In this document: positions 6,593 through 12,352 of the stretch, one piece after another | How the letters are laid out: each line of letters opens with the position of its first letter | How positions within the stretch are numbered: position 1 is the stretch's first letter | DNA from: a virus | Lineage: Duplodnaviria; Heunggongvirae; Uroviricota; Caudoviricetes | Virus record (IMG/VR): IMGVR_UViG_3300021279_000011 | Reading direction: 5' to 3' (one strand) | Length of the DNA stretch: 12,352 nt | Notes under the pieces: generated by a model | What the model was told of the DNA's origin: nothing | Seen by the model: only the letters and a program-made list of their open reading frames with translations | The model's database searches: none | Position numbers and translations under genes: made by a program

Positions 6593-6801
6593 GCACAGAA
6601 GAAGCCAGAGAAATGATACAGCGGTACCGTGAAGCGGAAATGGCCGTACTGGAGGGGAAGTCTGTCACCTTCAACGGGCAGCAACTGACGCTGGAAAGCC
6701 TTTCCCAGATCCGCGCCGGACGTCAGGAGTGGGAACGCAGGCTTGCCGCGATGGTGAGCCGCAGGCGGGGAAAACCGGGATTTAAACTGGCGAGGTTTTA
6801 A
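6589..6801 (+). CDS. W: Head-tail joining / head completion protein (lambda gpW-like)
   Basis: The C-terminus ...SRRRGKPGFKLARF parallels lambda W ...QRRRGPAGFYV. AGGAGG (6577-6582) lies 6 nt before GTG 6589, which overlaps the terminase stop (GTGA). The track's ATG 6565 is an in-frame alternative without an RBS. Confidence 0.75.
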   Translation: MSTEEAREMIQRYREAEMAVLEGKSVTFNGQQLTLESLSQIRAGRQEWERRLAAMVSRRRGKPGFKLARF

Positions 6802-8303
6802 TGGCAATTATTGATGATGTGATAGGCGTGTTTTCCCCCGGGTGGAAAGCAGCCAGACTGCGTTCAAGGGCGTTAATCATGGCCTATGAGGCGGTGAAAC
6901 CGACCCGGACACATAAAGCCCGGCGGGAAAATCGCTCTGCCGATCAGCTCAGTAAATACGGTGCGGTTTCCCTGCGGGAGCAGGCCCGTTTTCTGGATAT
7001 CAATCATGACCTGGTGATTGGTGTGTTTGACAAGCTGGAAGAGCGGGTGATTGGTGCCAGGGGAATTATTGTGGAGCCTCAGCCATTACGAAAAAACGGG
7101 GAAATGGCGGCTGAGCTGGCTGCGGATATCCGCCGGTTGTGGGCTGAATGGTCCGTGAGTCCGGATGTGACAGGGCAGTATACCCGTCCCGTGCTTGAAC
7201 GTTTACTGCTGCGGACCTGGCTGCGGGATGGTGAAGTGTTTGCGCAGATGGTCAGTGGTGCGGGAAACGGTCTGGAACGGACGGCGGGAGTGCCATTCTG
7301 GCTTGAGGCGATGGAGCCGGATTTTGTTCCCATGCGCACAGATGAATCCGCCGGACTGAATCAGGGGGTTTTTCTTGATGAGTGGGGAAGACCGAAAAAA
7401 TATCTGGTTTATAAAAATTATCCGGTCAGCGGCCGGCAGAGTGATACGAAAGAAATCGCTGCCGGAAAAATGATCCACCTGAAGTTCACTCGTCGTCTGC
7501 ACCAGACGCGAGGCTCATCCATGTTATCGGGGGTGCTGATGCGGATCAGTGCCCTTAAGGAGTATGAGGATGCGGAACTGACAGCGGCGCGTATTGCTGC
7601 GGCGCTGGGACTGTATATCCGTAAAGGTGACGGACAGGACTATGAAGATCCGGGGAGCAAAGAGACCGAGCGGGAAGTCCATATCACCCCGGGTATTATT
7701 TATGACGATTTGCGCAAGGGCGAGGATATCGGCATGGTCAAATCTGACCGTCCCAATCCCAACCTTGAAACTTTCCGCAACGGCCAGTTGCGTGCAGTGG
7801 CAGCAGGCAGTCGTCTGAGTTTTTCCAGTGCGGCGCGTAACTATAACGGCACCTACAGCGCCCAGCGGCAGGAGCTGGTCGAGTCCACGGATGGTTACCT
7901 GATCCTGCAGGACTGTTTTATTGGCGCGGTAACCCGCCCGGTGTACCGGACATGGCTGAATATGGTGGTTGCGGCAGGTCTGCTGAAAATTCCGGCGGAT
8001 GTGGAGATGAAAACGCTATATAACGCGACGTATTCCGGTCCGGTGATGCCGTGGATCGACCCGGTTAAGGAAGCTGAAGCCTGGAGAATTCAGATCCGGG
8101 GTGGTGCAGCGACAGAATCTGACTGGGTGCGTGCCGGTGGGCGCAATCCGGATGAGGTCAAACGTCGCCGCAAGGCTGAAATTGATGAAAACAGCAGACT
8201 GGGGCTGGTCTTTGATACTGACCCCGTCAACGACAAAGGAGGCAACAGTGCCGGAACTGAACGACAGTATCAGCGCGACACCGAAAGCCAGCATGAAGAA
8301 TAA
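6801..8303 (+). CDS. B: Portal protein (lambda gpB family)
   Basis: 500 aa at the gpB position directly after W. ATG 6801 overlaps the W stop (TAATG) and is preceded by GAGG. Size and position fit a lambda-family portal; no motif-level alignment was done. Confidence 0.8.
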   Translation: MAIIDDVIGVFSPGWKAARLRSRALIMAYEAVKPTRTHKARRENRSADQLSKYGAVSLREQARFLDINHDLVIGVFDKLEERVIGARGIIVEPQPLRKNGEMAAELAADIRRLWAEWSVSPDVTGQYTRPVLERLLLRTWLRDGEVFAQMVSGAGNGLERTAGVPFWLEAMEPDFVPMRTDESAGLNQGVFLDEWGRPKKYLVYKNYPVSGRQSDTKEIAAGKMIHLKFTRRLHQTRGSSMLSGVLMRISALKEYEDAELTAARIAAALGLYIRKGDGQDYEDPGSKETEREVHITPGIIYDDLRKGEDIGMVKSDRPNPNLETFRNGQLRAVAAGSRLSFSSAARNYNGTYSAQRQELVESTDGYLILQDCFIGAVTRPVYRTWLNMVVAAGLLKIPADVEMKTLYNATYSGPVMPWIDPVKEAEAWRIQIRGGAATESDWVRAGGRNPDEVKRRRKAEIDENSRLGLVFDTDPVNDKGGNSAGTERQYQRDTESQHEE

Positions 8304-10272
8304 ATCCTGGTTCAGGATGCAGGCTGGGGGGCCGGGTGACGCGGATATTTATATTTATGACGAGATTGGTTTCTGGGGAGTTACCGCGAAGCAGTTTGTC
8401 AGCGAACTGAATGCACTGGGTGATATCACCCACATTAATCTCCATATCAATTCACCGGGTGGCGATGTCTTTGAGGGCATCGCCATTTTTAATGCCCTGA
8501 AAAATCAGGGGGCGACCATTACCGTGTATGTGGATGGCGTTGCCGCCTCGATGGCATCTGTGATTGCGATGGCCGGTGATACGGTCATTATGCCGGAAAA
8601 TGCCTTCATGATGATCCATAAGCCATGGGGATTCAGTGGCGGGGATGCTGAGGATATGCGCAGTTATGCCGATTTGCTGGATAAAGTCGAATCGGTACTG
8701 TTGCCAGCCTATGCGCAGAAAACCGGAAAAACCACCGATGAAATTGCCGCCATGCTGGCGGATGAAACCTGGATGTCCGGTGCCGAATGTCTGGCACACG
8801 GATTTGCTGACCAGGTGACACCCGCTGTTGAGGCAATGGCATGTATTCAGTCAAAACGTACAGAGGAATTTAAAAAGATGCCGGAATCCATCCGAAACAT
8901 GATTACTCCGCCACGCAACAGTGCCCCGCGTGATACCACAGTGATAATCCCTGCACCGGCGGTAACAGAACCATCACCGGTACCGGCAGTGTCTGATGAG
9001 GCGACCATTCGCGCCCGCGTTATGGCAGAACAGAAAGCCCGCATGTCAGGCATTAACGATCTGTTTGCCATGTTCGGCGGTCGCTATCAGACGCTTCAGG
9101 CACAGTGCGTGGCTGATCCTGACTGTTCGCTGGAAATGGCCCGTGAACGTCTGCTGAATGAAATGGGCAAGGAGTCCTCGCCGACCAACAAAAACACACC
9201 GGCCCATATTTATGCCGGAAACGGCAATTTTGTGGGAGACGGGATCCGCCAGGCGATGCTGGCCCGTGCCGGATTTGAAAATGTCGAGAAGGATAACGCC
9301 TATAACGGGATGACCCTGCGTGAATGGGCTCGTATGTCACTGACGGAGCGCGGTATTGGGGTGGCCAGTTATAACCCCATGCAGATGGTCGGGCTGGCGC
9401 TTACGCACAGCACCTCTGATTTTGGCAATATCCTGCTGGATGTGTCGAACAAGGGGCTGATCCAGGGCTGGGAGGAATCAGAAGAAACCTTCCAGAAGTG
9501 GACCCGTAAGGGACGCCTGTCAGACTTCAAAACAGCGTATCGCGTGGGGATGGGCGGTTTTGGTTCTCTGCGCCAGGTTCGTGAGGGGGCGGAGTATAAA
9601 TACATCACCACCTCAGATCGCAAGGAGACCATTGCTCTGGCCACCTACGGGGAGATTTTCTCCATCACCCGCCAGGCCATTATCAATGATGATCTGAATA
9701 TGCTGGTGGACGTGCCGATGAAGATGGGGCGTGCGGCGAAGGCAACGATTGGTGACCTGGTTTACAAGGTGCTGACGGATAACCCGAAACTGTCCGACGG
9801 TAAGGCGCTGTTCCATGCCGATCACAAAAATATTGCCACCGGGGGGATCTCCGTTTCCGGACTGGATGCGGCCCGTCAGATGATGCGCCTGCAGAAAGAA
9901 GGCGATCGCGCCCTGAATATCCGTCCGGCCTTTATGCTGGTACCGGTGGCACTGGAGACGGTGGCGAACCAGACCATCAAATCGGCCAGTGTGAAAGGGG
10001 CGGATGCAAACGCCGGTGTCATTAACCCTATCCAGAACTTTGCTGAGGTGATTGCGGAAGCGCGTCTTGATGCGGCAGATCCGAAAACCTGGTATCTGGC
10101 GGCGGCACAGGGCACTGACACCATTGAAGTGGCCTGGCTGGATGGTGTGGACACGCCATACATTGATCAGCAGGAAGGTTTCACCACTGACGGCATTGCC
10201 ACAAAAATTCGTATTGATGCCGGTGTGGCACCACTTGACTGGCGCGGTCTGGTGCGTTCGTCGGTGGCCTGA
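8248..10272 (+). CDS. Fused prohead protease (ClpP/S14-like) - linker/scaffold - major capsid protein
   Basis: The N-terminal part has ClpP-type protease motifs (INSPGGDVFEGIAIFNAL, active-site-like GVAASMASVIAMAGD, MIHKPWGFSGG). The middle is a Pro-rich linker. The C-terminal roughly 300 aa look like an HK97-fold major capsid protein. AAGGAGG (8236-8242) precedes GTG 8248; alternative start ATG 8293. Overlaps the portal 3' end. Confidence 0.85.
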   Translation: MPELNDSISATPKASMKNKSWFRMQAGGPGDADIYIYDEIGFWGVTAKQFVSELNALGDITHINLHINSPGGDVFEGIAIFNALKNQGATITVYVDGVAASMASVIAMAGDTVIMPENAFMMIHKPWGFSGGDAEDMRSYADLLDKVESVLLPAYAQKTGKTTDEIAAMLADETWMSGAECLAHGFADQVTPAVEAMACIQSKRTEEFKKMPESIRNMITPPRNSAPRDTTVIIPAPAVTEPSPVPAVSDEATIRARVMAEQKARMSGINDLFAMFGGRYQTLQAQCVADPDCSLEMARERLLNEMGKESSPTNKNTPAHIYAGNGNFVGDGIRQAMLARAGFENVEKDNAYNGMTLREWARMSLTERGIGVASYNPMQMVGLALTHSTSDFGNILLDVSNKGLIQGWEESEETFQKWTRKGRLSDFKTAYRVGMGGFGSLRQVREGAEYKYITTSDRKETIALATYGEIFSITRQAIINDDLNMLVDVPMKMGRAAKATIGDLVYKVLTDNPKLSDGKALFHADHKNIATGGISVSGLDAARQMMRLQKEGDRALNIRPAFMLVPVALETVANQTIKSASVKGADANAGVINPIQNFAEVIAEARLDAADPKTWYLAAAQGTDTIEVAWLDGVDTPYIDQQEGFTTDGIATKIRIDAGVAPLDWRGLVRSSVA

Positions 10273-10294
10273 TAACCGCGTTATCACAATCACT

Positions 10295-10313
10295 GCCCGA
10301 AAGGGCTTTTTTT
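10295..10313 (+). terminator. Intrinsic terminator-like hairpin immediately after the capsid gene
   Basis: GCCC-GAAA-GGGC tetraloop hairpin (10295-10306) followed by TTTTTTT (10307-10313). A second 8-bp hairpin, ACAGCCCC-ACA-GGGGCTGT (10325-10343), follows. Confidence 0.5.
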
Positions 10314-10359
10314 ATGCCTGAAAAACAGCCCCACAGGGGCTGTCCGGAGAAACAGCATT

Positions 10360-10686
10360 ATGGCGAAAAATTTTGTACAGGACGGCACCACCATTGAACT
10401 GGTGAATGCCGGAGATCAGACCATCCTGAGCGGTGCTGCGGTGGTGGTCGGCAGTATGGTGGCAGTGGCCATTACCGATATTCCTGCCGGTGATGCCGGT
10501 GACGGTTTTGCCGAAGGCGTGTTCCTGCTGCCCAAACAGTCTGCTGACGATATTCAGTCCGGCGCGGTGGTTTATCTGAAGGACGGGGTTGTGCAGCTGG
10601 CTGCAGACGGTGCGGTGGCTGCGGGGGTAGCCTGGGAAAATGCCCCTGCAAACAGCGCCACTGTGGCGGTAAAAATCAATGTCTGA
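10360..10686 (+). CDS. Head decoration/cement-like protein (DUF2190-like), 108 aa
   Basis: The Gly/Ala/Val-rich translation MAKNFVQDGTTIELVNAGDQ...ITDIPAGDAGDGFAEGVF... is typical of the small DUF2190-type capsid-associated proteins encoded after the major capsid gene. GGAGA lies 9 nt upstream of ATG 10360. Confidence 0.65.
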   Translation: MAKNFVQDGTTIELVNAGDQTILSGAAVVVGSMVAVAITDIPAGDAGDGFAEGVFLLPKQSADDIQSGAVVYLKDGVVQLAADGAVAAGVAWENAPANSATVAVKINV

Positions 10687-10960
10687 TCTGTTTACGCGAA
10701 TGTGTTGCCGGATGGACGGGGCGACCGTTCGTGTGATGGGCAAACAGGCGGAGATTAACGGCGTAGTGTATGACGTGATGCCGGAGGAAGAGTCCGCGGA
10801 TATGGGGGCGCTTTCGGGCAGCCAGTTGTCACTGGTGGTGTTTTCAGCCCGGTACCGTCCGGCCCGTCATGATGTTGTTGTGTTTGCAGGGCGCACACTG
10901 ACGGTGACCCGTTATGACACGTACAACGGTAAACCCCGGATTTTTGTTGAACAGGAATGA
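10679..10960 (+). CDS. Head-tail joining protein (lambda gpFII-like)
   Basis: 93 aa at the FII position before Z. ATG 10679 overlaps the upstream stop (ATGTCTGA). The beta-rich C-terminal pattern is loosely similar to lambda FII. Confidence 0.6.
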   Translation: MSDLFTRMCCRMDGATVRVMGKQAEINGVVYDVMPEEESADMGALSGSQLSLVVFSARYRPARHDVVVFAGRTLTVTRYDTYNGKPRIFVEQE

Positions 10961-11589
10961 GTATGGCAATAAAAGGTCTGGCGCAGGCCATGAAAAATCT
11001 GGATGCAATTGATCGCCGTGCCGTTCCCCGGGCCTCTGCCACGACACTGAACCGCGTGGCGGGGGCCATTATTGCGAAAACGGCCTCTTCAGTTGCCAGG
11101 GAGCTGGCCGTTCCCCGTCGTCTTATCCGTGCCCGCATCCGGTTAAGTCCGGCACGACCGGATAAGGTTTACGCAAAGGTTTACATCAATACCGGCAACC
11201 TGCCCGCCATCAAACTGGGGGAGGCCCGCGTTCGACTTTCCCGCAGAAAACGGAGAAAGAAAGGACAGCGTGCGGCCCTGAAAGGGGGCGGCAGTGTGCT
11301 GATTGTGGGGAAAAGACGGATCCCGGACGCCTTTATCACCCGGCTGGCTAACGGACGCTGGCATGTGATGCAGCGTATGCCGTGGGCATCATCGTCCACC
11401 GGCGCGGACAGCAAAGGGAGGCCGAAACGCCACCGTCTGCCGATCGAAGTGGTGAAGATTCCGACTGCCGGACCGCTGGCAGAAACCTTTGAACGTGAAC
11501 GGGACCGGATGTACCGGGAAAAATTACCGGCGCAGATGATGACGGCCATGACGCATCAGTTACGCCTGGTGCTGAAACGAAAATCGTAA
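10957..11589 (+). CDS. Z: Minor tail protein Z (lambda gpZ family)
   Basis: MSMAIKGLAQAMKNL...KLGEARVRLSRRKRRKKGQRAALKGGGSVLIVGKRRIPDAFITRLANGRWHVMQR... matches lambda gpZ (MAIKGLEQA...SRRRRRKKGQRSSLKGGGSVLVVGNRRIPGAFIQQLKNGRWHVMQR) as recalled. ATG 10957 overlaps the upstream stop (ATGA). Confidence 0.88.
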   Translation: MSMAIKGLAQAMKNLDAIDRRAVPRASATTLNRVAGAIIAKTASSVARELAVPRRLIRARIRLSPARPDKVYAKVYINTGNLPAIKLGEARVRLSRRKRRKKGQRAALKGGGSVLIVGKRRIPDAFITRLANGRWHVMQRMPWASSSTGADSKGRPKRHRLPIEVVKIPTAGPLAETFERERDRMYREKLPAQMMTAMTHQLRLVLKRKS

Positions 11590-11598
11590 GGAGGGAAT

Positions 11599-11997
11599 GT
11601 GAAACACAGAGAAATTCGGGCGGCAATATTGTCTGCCCTGAAGGGAAATATCGCTGACCGGGTGACCTGGTTTGATGGTCGTCCGGTATTTATTGATGAA
11701 CAGGAACTGCCAGCGGTGGCGGTTTATCTGACAGATGCTTCTGCGACGGAGGAGTTTGTTGACGAGGGGACCTGGGAGGCCGTGCTTCATATAGAGGTGT
11801 TTCTCAGGGCGAAAGAGACGGACTCCGTGCTGGATATGTGGATGGAAGAAAAAATACTTCCGGCGCTGGAGGCAGTTCCCGGGCTCAGTGCATTACTGCT
11901 GAAGATGAATCTTCAGGGGTATGACTATCGCCGGGATGACGAATATATGATGTGGGGATCGGCTGATCTCCAGTGGAATATTACTTACCAGATGTGA
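11599..11997 (+). CDS. U: Tail terminator / minor tail protein U (lambda gpU family)
   Basis: [16 protein letters not shown]...[23 protein letters not shown]...LHIEVFL...GYDYRRDDE...[12 protein letters not shown] matches lambda gpU as recalled. AAGGAGGG precedes GTG 11599. Confidence 0.9.
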   Translation: MKHREIRAAILSALKGNIADRVTWFDGRPVFIDEQELPAVAVYLTDASATEEFVDEGTWEAVLHIEVFLRAKETDSVLDMWMEEKILPALEAVPGLSALLLKMNLQGYDYRRDDEYMMWGSADLQWNITYQM

Positions 11998-12004
11998 GGA
12001 CGTT

Positions 12005-12352
12005 ATGACGCTCCCTAATCCCCTTGCGCCGGTAAAAGGTTCCGGCACCACGCTCTGGGTTTATACCGGAAATGGCGATGCCTGGGCAAACCCGCTGTCA
12101 GATGATGACTGGACGCGCCTGGCAAAAATAAAGGATCTGACCCCCGGCGAGATGACGGCGGAATCCTACGACGATAACTATCTGGATGATGAGGATGCTG
12201 ACTGGGTATCCACCGGGCAGGGGCAGAAATCCGCCGGTGACACCAGTTTTACGCTGGCCTGGAAGCCCGGCGAGAAAGGGCAGCGTGATTTGATTGCCTG
12301 GTTTGACAGCAGCGAGACCCGGGCCTACAAAATCCGCTTCCCGAACGGCACG
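12005..12352 (+). CDS. V: Major tail protein V (lambda gpV family), 5' partial; continues beyond the window
   Basis: [86 protein letters not shown]...[10 protein letters not shown] is near-identical in pattern to the lambda gpV N-terminus as recalled. GAGGA precedes ATG 12005. No stop within the window. Confidence 0.9.
   Translation, partial: MTLPNPLAPVKGSGTTLWVYTGNGDAWANPLSDDDWTRLAKIKDLTPGEMTAESYDDNYLDDEDADWVSTGQGQKSAGDTSFTLAWKPGEKGQRDLIAWFDSSETRAYKIRFPNGT

Noticed and set aside
8101-8247. Upstream extension of the capsid fusion gene to the track start at 8101
   Set aside because: The strong AAGGAGG RBS precedes GTG 8248 and the extension would overlap about 200 nt of the portal gene; the internal start is preferred.
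9613-10293. 226-aa - strand ORF inside the capsid fusion gene
   Set aside because: Antisense to the capsid domain, with a His/Arg/Cys-rich translation typical of a shadow frame.

Overview
This window is the late-operon segment of a lambda-like (lambdoid) prophage or phage from an enterobacterial host, with every supportable gene on the + strand. From left to right: a small acidic ORF; an intrinsic terminator; a phage-21-type lysis cassette (S21-like pinholin with dual start, SAR endolysin, Rz with embedded Rz1) interrupted by three accessory insertions (a 185-aa unknown protein between holin and endolysin, an antirepressor-like gene coupled to a 48-aa membrane ORF between endolysin and Rz, and a 74-aa ORF after Rz); a cos-like region; then the packaging and head-tail module with recognisable lambda homologues Nu1, A, W, B, a ClpP-type protease/capsid fusion, a decoration-like protein, an FII-like protein, Z, U and the 5' part of V. 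No rRNA, tRNA, CRISPR array, IS element or integrase is visible. The most likely places for an undescribed function are the three accessory insertions in the lysis cassette, which I cannot assign to any family. All homology statements rest on recalled protein sequences and motifs read from the translation; no database search was run.
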